Assembly: GCF_001194135.2 (NCBI RefSeq)
Contig: NC_069001.1
Span: 27,688,947-27,727,529, forward strand
Length of the DNA stretch: 38,583 nt
Direction: 5' to 3'
Origin: Octopus bimaculoides
Lineage: Eukaryota
A program made the position numbers and the translations under genes. Every line of letters starts with the position of its first letter. Within the stretch, counting starts at the first letter, position 1. Positions 23,240 to 35,047 of this stretch are shown here, piece by piece. The notes under the pieces are model-generated. The model had not been told where the DNA came from, did not search any database, and worked only from the letters and a program-made list of their open reading frames with translations.

Positions 23240-23325
23240 GGCTCGCCTGTCCGCAGTCAAACCGTCCAACCCATGTCAGAGTGGAAAGCACACATTAAAA
23301 GATGATGGTGATGATGATGTATAAT
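23240..23325 (+). mobile_element. 3' tail fragment of an octopus-type SINE with a (GAT)n tail
   Basis: cagtcaaaccgtccaacccatgtcagagtggaaagcacacattaaaagatgatggtgatgatgatg matches a recalled consensus tail (tcaaaccgtccaacccatgccagcatggaaa..gttaaa.gatgatg). Confidence 0.6.
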
Positions 23326-23394
23326 GATATATATAATTATGATAGATTGTTACGCGTTTAATGTTTAGGTAAACTTCGTCACCCACTCACTCAA

Positions 23395-23511
23395 TATCTC
23401 CTTTTCTCATTCGCTCACTCTCTTTTTCTCTCTCACTCACTCTCACTCACTATATCTCTCTCACTCACTCTCTCTCGCTCGCTCTCTCTCTCTCTCTCTC
23501 TCACTCACTCA

Positions 23512-23562
<51 letters not shown>
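23395..23562. repeat. Compound (CT)n/(CTCA)n/(CA)n microsatellite
   Basis: Directly visible. Confidence 0.95.
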
Positions 23563-23564
<2 letters not shown>

Positions 23565-23589
23565 TTCGGGGCCAAAGATTGGAAAGGGA

Positions 23590-24410
23590 AAATTTTTGTG
23601 GCTCGTCTTTCCGCAGCTCGTCTCCTTGACGGAGCTGCAGTCCAGAGCGAAGAAAAGACTGAGACTGGGCGCCTGGCACCTAGAATGTCGTCAGACGTTC
23701 AGAACCCTATACCAGTCGCGCAATGGGATCGATGGATGCTCCGCTTTAGAAATTTATAGAGGACTAGTGGCGGGGAAATGCGACTACGTTCTCGGGGAGA
23801 GAACGAACTGGTTAGTCTGTTCCGGAGGACTTTCCAGTCGGGAAATATCATGGATAATTTCTAGATGTCCTTCGCTTGGCCGTGCTACTGGGATGCGCTA
23901 CTGGGATGCGCTACTGGTTCGAAACAAAATCTATAGGCACAGATGTGCTGTCAGACGGACTTGACGGAGATGCACGCAGAATGACGAAACTGTTATGCAC
24001 GCCGTCGTCCAGCGTCCAGGCATTTCTGACTTGAGGATCTATGTTGAACAGCTGCTGTCACGTGTGGGACGGAGCCGTCTGTCGGCCGAGTCTGTAGTGA
24101 TGATTGCACCGCCGCCCTCCTTCAGTCGGTCAGGCAAAGCAATTTTCCTTTGCCTGGTGGCTGTGACAAAAGAGGTCGTTTGGAGGACAAAGCTGAAAGG
24201 CACGAGGACACAAACATTCCTCTTTGGTAGAGCTCTCATTGACTTTCTCCAGTTTCATTTGAAATGGAAATTGAGAGTGGAGGGGGAAGACTTTACGCTA
24301 TCCAAAGGGAATTCTCTTTCGGTCACATATCTGAATTAATTTTAGCTGGAGCACTTCTGTAGAGAGATACAATAGTAGTGGCCAGACTAAATGAATCTTT
24401 CTAAATGGAT
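23590..24410 (+). mobile_element. Tx1/L1-clade LINE ORF2 C-terminal remnant, copy 1
   Basis: GC-richer block with EIYRGLV, LLVRNKIYRH, a degenerate cysteine-rich motif T*RRCTQNDETVMHAVVQRP (cf. C.RC...ET..H...C), YVEQLLSRVGR, FLCLVAVTKEVVWRTKLK and FHLKWKLR (ORFs 23596-23964 and 23995-24339). Confidence 0.8.
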
Positions 24411-24585
24411 AGAAATTAGTATGATGTCTTGAGTAAGGAAGCAAGTTATATCGAGAAATGTAAGTGAAAGATAGGTAGAGATTTCGAATGTCTATCTATC
24501 ATCCGTAATCACTCTACATCTGGAAGACCAGCTTTGATGTAGCATGTGAACGGGTTTAGTAGTAGAGTAATTCGGTTTCAGTCGA

Positions 24586-24752
24586 CCTTCTTCTTCTTCT
24601 TCTCCTTCTTCTTCTTCTTCTTCTTTTTCTTCTTCTTCTTCTCCTTCTTTTTCTTCTTTTCCTTCTTCTTCTTCTTCTTCTTCTCCTTCTTCTTCTCCTT
24701 CTCCTTCTTCTTCTCCTTCTCCTTCTTCTTCTTCTTCTTCTCCTTCTTCTTC

Positions 24753-24784
<32 letters not shown>

Positions 24785-24833
24785 CTTCTTCTTCTTCTTC
24801 NNNNNNNNNNTCTTCTTCTTCTCCTTCTTCTTC

Positions 24834-24925
<92 letters not shown>
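24586..24925. repeat. (TTC)n microsatellite, about 300 bp with a 10-N gap, grading into (TTA)n
   Basis: Directly visible. Confidence 0.97.
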
Positions 24926-25072
24926 GTTCAGTAGTTTTATTTTTTTAACGTGATTTCACTTCACTACCGACCGCAGCTCTGTGTGCCTTGGGTATTTGCT
25001 GTGGTGCTCTTATGGTTACTGTATTGAAAGTGTTTTGCGTAGGATGTGTACAGTGCCCAGTAGTGCAATTTT
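24926..25072 (-). mobile_element. R4/Dong-type LINE 3' end, second copy
   Basis: Closely matches 19343-19500 (gttcagtagttttatt..ttcacttcactaccga..gcagctctgtg.gccttgggta..gtgttttgcgtag.atgtg..cagt.cccagtagtgcaattttc). Encodes KIALLGTVHILRKTLSIQ* on the minus strand. Triplet repeats on both sides. Confidence 0.85.
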
Positions 25073-25247
25073 CTTCTTATTATTATTATTGTTGTTGTTG
25101 TTATTGATGTTATTGTTGGAAGTAGTAATAGCCATATTTGTAGTAGTAGTAGTGGTCATCATCGTTGGTAGTTGTACTGGTATTGTTATATGATTAATAA
25201 ATATTGCTCTAATGCAGTATTGTAAATATCACAATAAATTACGTAAC

Positions 25248-25279
<32 letters not shown>

Positions 25280-25599
25280 CTAAATCACAAGGCACATACT
25301 GTTGTTCTACGTGTCTCTATGTTTGAAACGTAAAATGTCACGCTCTCTGAAACCAATAAACGCATATATGAAGGCTGCACGCATTTCCGTCAATTATAAG
25401 TATGTAATATTGTTATTCATAACATCAAAACTTAGGGTAAAAGTAGCTCGTTGGTGCTATAAAATTGGGAACAAAGCGAAGCAACAATATAATATCTAAC
25501 AATTTATATAAATTATAACGTTCAACAAATAATCTCTTTGAAACATGAAAATATATAAATCATCCAATACATCACGCTCCAGCAAATAATTTATAAAAC

Positions 25600-26260
25600 A
25601 TACAAGTAAACTATCGGGGACACGAAGTAAGAAAGAAGGAACGAAACGAGAAGGTAATCGGAAATACACAAGGAAAGACTGAGTGAATATTTAGAGAAAT
25701 TCAAATCTTGAAAGGAAGAAAGGAAATACGGAAAGATATGATATAAAATGAAAGAAAGAAGAGAAGAGAAAATATATTGAAATGTGGAAAATTATACGGA
25801 AAAAAAAACGTACAGAAAGAGGAATCTGATCAACAATAAAGTACAAAAATAGAGGAAAATCAATGAAAAGATGAGAGAAAAACAGAAATGAAGTAGGATT
25901 TGGAGAAATTAAGAAGAAAATGAATACCATATATGGAAAAGAAATGAAATGTATCGAAGATTGAACATAAAGGAAACGGAGGATATAAGACAACTTGTTT
26001 ATGAAGAAAAGATATATAAGAGAAGGGGAGAACGAAAAAAAAAATATGTAAGAATTGTCAGTAGAGAAGAACATAATTAAACGGAAAAGAAAAAAGAGAA
26101 AGAGACATGGAGAGAATTAAAGCGAGAAGAAGGAATGAATAGAGGGGAAAGAAATGAATGATCGGAGTGACAGACTGAAGTGAAAGAAAAGTAGAGGAAG
26201 CGAATAAGCAGGAGGGCCTCCAATATGGAAAAATTGGTAAAATGGACGAAATAACCTTAT
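25600..26260. repeat. Purine-rich (A/G) low-complexity tract
   Basis: Strong A+G bias on the + strand. It explains the Phe/Leu/Ser-rich antisense ORFs. Confidence 0.75.
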
Positions 26261-26314
26261 ACGAATATATGGATTAACATACAAGGTTACATCTTGGTAC
26301 AGTATATATATATG

Positions 26315-26349
<35 letters not shown>

Positions 26350-26412
26350 GTATATGAAATTTATGGAAAATGGATAACTAAGTCATAATTCACCACAATT
26401 ATTTCTGTGCTT

Positions 26413-26413
<1 letters not shown>

Positions 26414-26472
<59 letters not shown>
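26414..26472. repeat. (TATC)n tetranucleotide microsatellite
   Basis: Directly visible. Confidence 0.95.
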
Positions 26473-27179
26473 GATAAGTATGCAAAATATTGCTTTATAA
26501 GGTTAACACTATATATACTGAAGACTACATTTGGCAACATGATTAACGACCGCACTACACTTACACCTATTGTAGGTTTGTCTTTTCTCTCTCTCTCTCT
26601 CTCTCTCCGGCTCTCTCTGGCTCTCTCTCACACACACACACACACACACCTGTGCACACACACACATACTTCCAAGCACAAGTGCATGCATACGTACACA
26701 CACATACATATATATGTATATTTGTATGAAAGGTTAACATACCAAATGCCACACAAGATAAATTTTACGTTTATTGCAATCCGCGTTAAGAACACATCTC
26801 GGTAAAACGAATCTAGAGGCAACTGCTATCACTCCCATTGCGGAAGTGAGATCATTTTTGTCAGTATAGCTAGAAAATATTGAAGATTGCAGTAGCCTAC
26901 TTAGTGGGAGAAGAGCAATCTTGCATATAATATTAAGACATATCTTATTAATTATTAACTAAGACAGACAAGGAGATGAAATTCTTAGCGGAAACAACAG
27001 CCAGTTTCGAATGCGAATAATAAATGTGAATAACAATACATTTCAAATTGAATTGCTTTATGCAGAAAAAAGAAGAAAAGAACGATATAGTCTCCATTCG
27101 AAACACTATTCACAGCTGAGCACATCACACATACACACACACGAAGAAACATGCACACACACTCATATATTAAGTAGTT

Positions 27180-27195
27180 CTCTCTCTGTATCTTT

Positions 27196-27270
<75 letters not shown>

Positions 27271-27290
27271 AGTGTGTGTATGCACGTGCA
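27180..27290. repeat. (CT)n followed by (GT)n microsatellite
   Basis: Directly visible. Confidence 0.95.
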
Positions 27291-27699
27291 TAGGTACATA
27301 TATATTTCCTAAGCATGGGCTATAAAATTTGGATATATCTTTATAATAAAGCTCAACATCTGTATGTCTGTGTGTCTGTACATCTATAGGAAGAGAGGAA
27401 ATAGAAGATACATAAAAACAAAGTATGTGTTCTCATGTAAAGTTTTACGGGAAAGACGATGTAACATCCCTGTTAAATTTCAAATACGTTCGATTTCAAT
27501 GAAAATAACAACTTAATTACCAGGTACTAAATAAAAACGATTTCCGAAATTTCACCCTCTTGCAATATAGTTTAACCTCCCTAATTGGGTTTATAGCACA
27601 GGACAGAGCCCCTTTGTAAGTTCAAATACATCCACTTTTCATGAAAGATACATAAAATTTAAGTATGTGTTTTTGGAATAAGTGAAGTGAGACGATGTT

Positions 27700-28325
27700 C
27701 TCGAAGAAACTCTCGAACAGTGCCCGATCATTGCTCCCCTGTGGGTTTATGTCGAACACATGCTGTCACGTGTAAGACGAATCTGGCTCAGCTGAAGCCA
27801 TAGTGAAGATTGCCCCCACCGCACTCCTCTGGCCGGGAGGAGCAGACAGCTTTTATTTGACTAGTGGCTGTAGAAAAAGGAGTAGTATGCTGGACTCGGT
27901 TGAAAGGGTTAAAGTGAGACACTTTCCTCTTTGGTGAAGCCCTTCATCAAATTCAAGTTTCATTTGAAGAAGAAAGTGAAGGCGAAGAGGGAAGTGTAAC
28001 CTTCCAGCAAGTCTGTTGAAAGGTGGATGAATGTTGGAAGAATGGTCAGTGTGAGAGGACCAGTTCTGAGCATACACATGTGAAAATTAAAGGAGAAGGA
28101 TTTTTGCCCTGTTGTTCAGGCCCCGTGGCTTTTGTGGCTTTTTCAAAGAGAAATAAATCTTCAAGCGCCTCCGCTTTTGAGAGTTTTTACATTATTTAAT
28201 GTAAATTCTTATTTATTGTTTAAACTCTGAACATGCTTTGTCTCGTCTTGTGTTCTCTTTTATGTTGTTGCATGTCCTTTAATGTTGTTTTATGTGAGCC
28301 CTTGTGGCTAATAAAATAATCAATA
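27700..28325 (+). mobile_element. Tx1/L1-clade LINE 3' end with 3' UTR, copy 2
   Basis: Homologous to 24005-24290 (EQCPIIAPLWVYVEHMLSRVRR; shared tgctgtcacgtgt, gtggctgt, ttcctctttggt and agtttcatttgaa). Continues to ERWMNVGRM, a T-rich UTR and cccttgtggctaataaa (AATAAA at 28310-28315). Confidence 0.8.
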
Positions 28326-29334
28326 ATTAGTGTTGATTTTGTTGCCGCCGCTGCTGTTGTTTTTATTAAAAAAGGTGTGAGAAAATAAAATGATTTCTTT
28401 ACTTACTCCATTCCCTTACTGATAACATAGCGTATTTGCATTCCCAATGCTGTTTAGGGGAAAGTACTTTATACATAGTGGCCTTTTTCTTTTTCATTTA
28501 CTGTCATAAGACTGTTAAAAGGATCTGCAGATACGGTGTAGCTGCAGCTTTTGGTGTCTATATTACTTTGTTAAATCGTTTTGTTGTTAGAATGTTGACG
28601 ACACTGAGGTAAATGTTTTGACTATGACAAGAAATATAGTGGCAGCAGATTTAATGCAGCATGAAACAGATGAAAGGACTATATATGATCATTGAACTAG
28701 CTAGAAATAATAGCCAAATTTGACTCATCTCTAAACCTGCCGCGTTTAAGATAAGGAAAAAAGACCCGATGAATAATGGTCTCTGGAAAATTTATCACTG
28801 AATAATAAAGCGACAGCCAATGGTAAACGCTGATATGCATTTTTTCCTAGGTTTGCTAAATTAGAGATGATCAGGGATAGGAAAAATAGAAGAGAAGGGG
28901 TGGTCGGAGTAGTGGGTTTTCGTTCGTGTGTGCCATTACTACATGAGTCAACGTTGAGCCTGCTTCATACGGCAGTTTATTCCTTATGAAATCACGTCAT
29001 AATTCTTTAGAAAATAGCGCATTTAATAGATACAGTTTCGAAATGAAGATGGTTTGTTCAAGGCATGAAAAGCTATGGTTATAAATCTCCTCAGACTGAC
29101 ATATCTTCGCCTAAGCAGTAATTAGAACGAAATTCGAATGCATAAAATGCAATAAATAATCATTGTGATAGCTACAGCAATGAATACCATACCGAATCCA
29201 ATACATGATGGGTTTAGTAATGTTACCCTGCGTTCTGATATTAAATGCATCTTAGTTGTACCAAAATAAGTACCCTTCGAACAGAGAGCGCGGTCAATGA
29301 ATTATATTACCTAGTTCCTCCCAATTACTTATTT

Positions 29335-29712
29335 GTATCTTGCATCTTTTACTTGTTTCAGTCATTGGTCTGCAGCCATGCTTCTTTACCTCTTTAACGG
29401 GTTTTAGTAAGAACAAATTGACCCCAGGCCTTATTTGTTTATCAATATCTCTCATTATCAGATTCATTTTGCTCCCCGAAACCGCCGAGTTGCAGAGGCA
29501 TGAACGAACCAAAGTCGGTTGGAAAGCGGTAGAGGAGACATAGGCAAACAAGAAAACACAAATATACTCCCTCTCACTTTCTCTTATGTGTGAGTAGATT
29601 CTGCAGTCTCTCATTACCAAATTCTATGACAATGTATGATCTCACGCTGTGTGACTGAATCACAATCCTTCTGGTTCCAACGTGAGCTTCTCAATTCCAC
29701 AGCCATGTATCA
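29335..29712 (-). mobile_element. Degenerate full-length tRNA-derived SINE (octopus-type) with a gactgaaacaagtaaaag tail
   Basis: Minus strand: head catggctgtggaattgagaagctc..cagtcacacagcgtg, middle gaatttggtaatgagagactg, cgctttccaaccga.., aataaggcctggggtcaatttgttc and tail agcatggctgcagaccaatgactgaaacaagtaaaaga. Colinear with a recalled consensus. Confidence 0.65.
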
Positions 29713-29767
29713 AATGGTAAGACAAAGCGCCGGTCGTCTGGAGGAGACACAGATAAGAGATTTCACT

Positions 29768-29835
29768 TTCTGTGACTGAACCAGAGTCCATCTGGTTGCA
29801 ATGAAGGCATATCAATCACAAAGCCGTGCTTACGT
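29768..29835 (-). mobile_element. SINE head fragment
   Basis: gtgactgaaccagagtccatctggttgcaa..tcaatcacaaagccgtgc resembles the reverse complement of the same SINE head as 29645-29712. Confidence 0.4.
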
Positions 29836-30549
29836 CTGATAATGTTCCAATATAACAGAAATACAACGAATTCAAAAATTCCTTTATTCTTCTCGTTTTC
29901 ATTAGTGTGAGCCAGAAGACAGTGACCAGGTTTCCTCGAACTAATCAATTGAATTGCCTCTAACCATTGAAGACAAGGCCACTGATGATTAAGACACAAC
30001 TAACTCGGTACCTGCTCTTCGTTTTGTCTCAGTTTTAATCAATCACTTTCTATATGCTGAACATTTATGTTTCAGGAAACGGAAAGAAAGAAAAAAAAAA
30101 CAGAAGTAGAAGCAGCATCGATTTTTACGCCGATATAAACATGCAATTGTCCACTCTGACTTATTTGTCTCAATTCAGATTTGTCTTAATTATGCAAATT
30201 ACACTAAGCCATAAATATTCTCTAGTCTTTGCATATCTCCAAGACATGTCTAGATAGGAAATTGCTCTACTGACGAAGCATATTAAAGAAATGTCAATCT
30301 ATTTTGGATTTGGTTGATATTTATTGAGGTTATGCGCTCTTTAAATTGCCGTTGCAGCAATCTCTGCCAGGTGTTTTGTATCTTTCTCTTGAAACGAAAA
30401 TATTGTCTGTAAAGCGACAACTTATCTTGTATACATGCCTTCATTTTCCTTACACACATATTCACACACACACACACACACACACACATAATACACACAC
30501 GCACATATATACATACACACACACATATATGAATGTCTGTATGCGTGTG

Positions 30550-30588
<39 letters not shown>

Positions 30589-30852
30589 ATATATCTATAT
30601 CAAAGTGTACGTACGCTGCTATATTTTACAGAGTTGGGGTTGAAAAATCATCGTATATTCAGTAGGAACCTTTCTCTCTACAGTTATACAGAGAGTGGGG
30701 ATAGGACCAGGATATGCAATAGGTCAGAGAGAGGGAGAGAAAGAGGGGGTAACAGGGAGAGAGAGGGAGCGGGAGAGTGACAGATAGAGGGAGAGGGTGA
30801 CAGGGAGAGAGAAGGAAAGACAGACAGACAATGACATAGACAGATGAATCAC

Positions 30853-30990
30853 TTAGGCTTCCACAAGGATTCTGTTCGGTCTACGAAATTCCATTCACAA
30901 TATATTGAGCAAATCAATCCATTTTCAAAGTTAGTATAGTGGTATCAAATCTGAATCTTGACCATAGCGAAGCTGAAACATCACCTGCAC
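30853..30990 (-). mobile_element. Degenerate SINE middle fragment
   Basis: ggcttccac..ggtctacgaaattccattcacaa resembles the reverse of the SINE segment tgtgagtggatttggtagacggaaactg. Confidence 0.4.
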
Positions 30991-31516
30991 AACTGTTATT
31001 GCAACTGTAGTCAAGACATATCGTATGAGGCATGCTGTTATAATAGTACATGCTGTATTGATATATTCGTATGGCTTGCTATTTAATTTGTTCTGAGAAA
31101 ATATGATACATTTGAGAGGAGCTTTCTATTACATAACAATGAAACTGGTTGATAGCTTGGATAGTTTGGAAGCAACTAATACGGAATCTAATACTTTGAT
31201 GAAATACATATCTTCAAAATGTACTAAATGATATCATCTTCTTTAGTAATTACTTCATCACAACACACGAACAGATAACCATGCAATTACTGATCGATTT
31301 GTTTGTCAAAAAATAAATACATGTGACTGTGTGTGGGATGTGTATATATTTGTGTCTATGGGCGCAACACACTCCCGGACACACACAGTCAGAGACAGAC
31401 AGACAGACAGATACACACACACACACATATATTGATGGTCGTTTTATGATAAGTTATATAGAAAAACAATCTACTTGTAAACAAAGGAATTTCCTCAATA
31501 TTTATTCGTTGATTTA

Positions 31517-31728
31517 GGCGGCGAGCTGGCCGAATCGTTAACACACCGGGCAAAATGCTTGGCAGTATATCTTGTCTTTACGTTCTGAGTATAAATTCAG
31601 CCGAGGTGGTGGTGGAGATCTTTACTTTTCACCCGTTCTGGGTCGATTAAATACGTACCAGTTAAGGACTGTTAGTCGGTGTAATCTCTCCAACCTGTTG
31701 GCCTCGTCCCAAAATTTGAAATCAATAT
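31517..31728 (+). mobile_element. tRNA-derived SINE (ggcggcgagctgg family)
   Basis: ggcggcgagctggccgaatcgttaacacaccgggcaaaatgctt..ttctgagtataaattcagccgagg..gggtcgattaaatacgtaccagtt..ggcctcgtcccaaaatttgaaatcaat. Homologous to 10905 and 11132. Confidence 0.85.
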
Positions 31729-32220
31729 TCATTAGTAGAAAATATGAACATAAGATTTTTACAAGTGTGCTGACAGTGAATTCGAATTTTTTGCCGGTTA
31801 GGTTTCTTCTCGTACATGCTTAATAAATATGTGTGTTTATGTGTGTCTATGTGTATGCCTGTATGCATATACGTATATATGTTTGTATAAGTATGCACTG
31901 CCCCAAATATCAAGTATTCTAATTTACGTTCTATTCTAAATAACTATAACATATAGATTAAGTAAGGAAGTTGGGGGAAGACGTAACAGGAAGATTGTAC
32001 ATATGATATACTCGTAAGCTACAACTATACAGAATGATTCTCAATAGCACATCTCTCAGAAGCCGAAGATTTAGTGCTAATTTCTTCAGAATATTAGCAA
32101 GATTATCCGAAAACGAGCTGTAATATTACTCCCAATTAATTTTCTATTTATTTACTATTACACGAAGCACATTTCATCTGGTCTGCAAATACCACATCGA
32201 AGAACATAATATATATAATG

Positions 32221-32256
<36 letters not shown>

Positions 32257-33317
32257 TACATTTTGCACCAATTCTTATTGAAACTCTGATCTATGTGAAT
32301 ACATAACATTTAATTAATCAGCTGTCCAGCAAACGCATCACATGAAAATGTGTGAGGTCATTAATGTTATACATCAATAAATTACTGTTTATCAATATAA
32401 AATATTTATAGTCTTTCTCACCATTAAAACTTATAAACATCTGATGAAACTGCTAGTGATATGACTTCAGCAGTAGATTAGCAGTTCGTAGGATAGAAGA
32501 CTAAGAGAGTACATCTTGTGATTATAAGACAATTACTCTTGAAAATTACAGTAAAGGGGTTCGTATATTAGATTTAATTAGGTTGTCATAAATAGATTTA
32601 ACATCATGTAGAAGACCACAATTAATATTATCAAAAACATAACAGGTGATGTATCTATGTTACACAAGTTTCACAAACATACACACGCACGTATGCAAAT
32701 ATATACTCGCTGTTTATTGTCTGTGTAAACAAGGACAGATGTCACGATGTTCCGACACGTATCTCAGAGAAGATACATAAATACGTACGTGCTTGATCTG
32801 TGTATGTGCTCTAAATAGGAAACTGTACTGGAGGGGGGGGATCCAATGCAGGTGGAGATAATAATGGCAGTAATATCTATTGTAGTTGAGGACGTAATAT
32901 TAAAATAATAGTCGCAAGGTTATGTAAGTATATCAAGTAAGAAATCAGTAAATAAATATTAGTATAGGGATGTTCTTTCAAGTATCAGTAGATGTAGAGT
33001 TAGTATGAATACTACAAAATATGAACTGTATTCTGTTGTAAATATGGTGAGTAAATCGGTTCTACGAAAGGAGGGCGACCTTTGGGTAAGAGAGGGTAGT
33101 AAAGGTTAATAGTTAAAAGGAATTAATGGAGAAATGTATGTTCCGCTAAGAAAGAAAGTGTGTAATTGTGTGCAAAGCAGGTGACTGTGAAACGTAGCGG
33201 CGTAGTTTATGGTGGGAGGAATAATAAATGAAAATTGGTGGAAAAAAGTGGAAGATGGGGAGAAGTTTGAGAGCTTAAGGAGTGGAAGTAAAATGTAATA
33301 ATAATAATAATAATAAA

Positions 33318-33494
33318 TGCCCTGGTGCAGTACCAGGCACTAGCTCTCATGGCTTCTAATCTTAACTGATTGGAAGTGTCATCAATGTACACGATTTGTC
33401 TTGGTGTAAAAGATGGCCTACAGCAGATGGGTATACTGGACATGGTATGTTTTACCCCAGTATCACTTTGTTGGCATGCACTCCTCTCTCAGCC
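33318..33494 (+). mobile_element. Unclassified (TAA)n-flanked repeat, short copy A
   Basis: The first ~110 bp align with 33522-33630 (roughly 75-80% by eye). Bounded by (TAA)n on both sides and ends gcatgcactcctctctcagcc-aataataat. Strand assignment is tentative. Confidence 0.6.
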
Positions 33495-33521
33495 AATAAT
33501 AATAATAACAATAATAATAAT

Positions 33522-33936
33522 TGCCTTGATGCAGTATCAAGCAGTGGCTCTCATGGCTTCTGGCCTTAACTGATTAGTAGTGTTATGTATTCTTAAATTG
33601 TTTTATCTTGGTATAAAAGATGGACGACAGCAAAATTTCTGCTTAATACCACAGATTTGCTTGTTAGTTGCTTGACCGTAACCAGTTGAGTATGTCTGAT
33701 CACGAGCAGGGTAATGGGGTTGGGTATCATAGCCATGTGTTGAGAGGAATATTTGGGGTTTGAATAATTCACCTGTGAAAACATGGGTGTTTCGTTCAAC
33801 ATACTTAAACGACCCTTATTCAGGGATCTTTTGAGCGGAATGGGCTACTATAACTGAACAAAAATTCTAGCTGGGCCCCACCTGCAAGGTGGTGCGCTGT
33901 TTACCTTGATATAATATCACCATGTCGCACACATAC
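33522..33936 (+). mobile_element. Unclassified (TAA)n-flanked repeat, longer 3'-truncated copy B
   Basis: Starts tgccttgatgcagtatcaagcagtggctctcatggcttct, as in copy A, and continues about 300 bp further (gatcacgagcag..cccttattcaggga..gggccccacctgcaagg). Matches a recalled ~0.6-kb octopus interspersed repeat. Confidence 0.6.
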
Positions 33937-34164
33937 TTACATGATATAATAAGGTTAAAAATTTTAAATCTCATCCAAGGATTATTATTTTTATGACTAT
34001 ATTTATCCTACAATATATCGGCACAGCTCGGTGCAACCCCCCCCCCCCAAAGAAACTTGTATGGCCAGTTGGCATCATTAGGGTATATATAGCTGGCGTT
34101 ATATAGGAGCATTTATATACATATTCATAACGATTCCCATGAACATGATTAAAGGATACACACA

Positions 34165-34218
34165 AATACGCACACACACACACACACAAGCACACACTCA
34201 CACACATGTATATGTATG

Positions 34219-34249
<31 letters not shown>

Positions 34250-34294
34250 ATAAAGTATATCCATACCATATAAGATATGTACTCATATATATAA

Positions 34295-34360
<66 letters not shown>

Positions 34361-34620
34361 GAAGGCTCTACAGGACACGCACGTTGCTATATTTGGTATA
34401 TACATATAAATGTAGGCATAGTATATATATATGTACATATAAATGTATGCATAGTATATATATATATGTGCATATAAATGTATGTATGTGTAATATAGAT
34501 ATATCTTGGATCATACCTTTATATACCAATATATATATATATGTGTAAATATATACTCATACATACACGCATATACACATGTGCGCACGCAGGCATACAT
34601 ATGTGCGTGGTTGTGTATGT
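34165..34620. repeat. Compound (CA)n/(TA)n/(TG)n microsatellites
   Basis: Directly visible. They explain the YI/TH-repeat ORFs. Confidence 0.9.
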
Positions 34621-35047
34621 ATGTGTGTGCAATTTAAAACTAATATTTATCGTATTCAAATAGATAACGAACGTATGAACTTTCATATACTAATTTAATT
34701 AAACTTGGGGTTTTTCTAAGTGCTACATCAGACTTTCACCGTTTACACAATGTAAACTTTCCGTCGAAAATGCACCAATCGATAAGAATCTGCCTTTTAT
34801 ATTGCGTATATGAAATTTATATTATGAAAATACCTGTAATGATAGTAGCACATTCATTCCCACAGACTGTTATTAATCTGCATTGAATACAGTCTTTACA
34901 GTGCTATGTATGCCTGGATATATATAGTTTTGTGTGTTTGCACTCGTGTTATCATAAGGTTATATATATAAATATATATACATACATGCGCACAACACAC
35001 CAACTCGCAAGCTAGTATGTATACAAATGTGCGTGTGTGCATACAAA

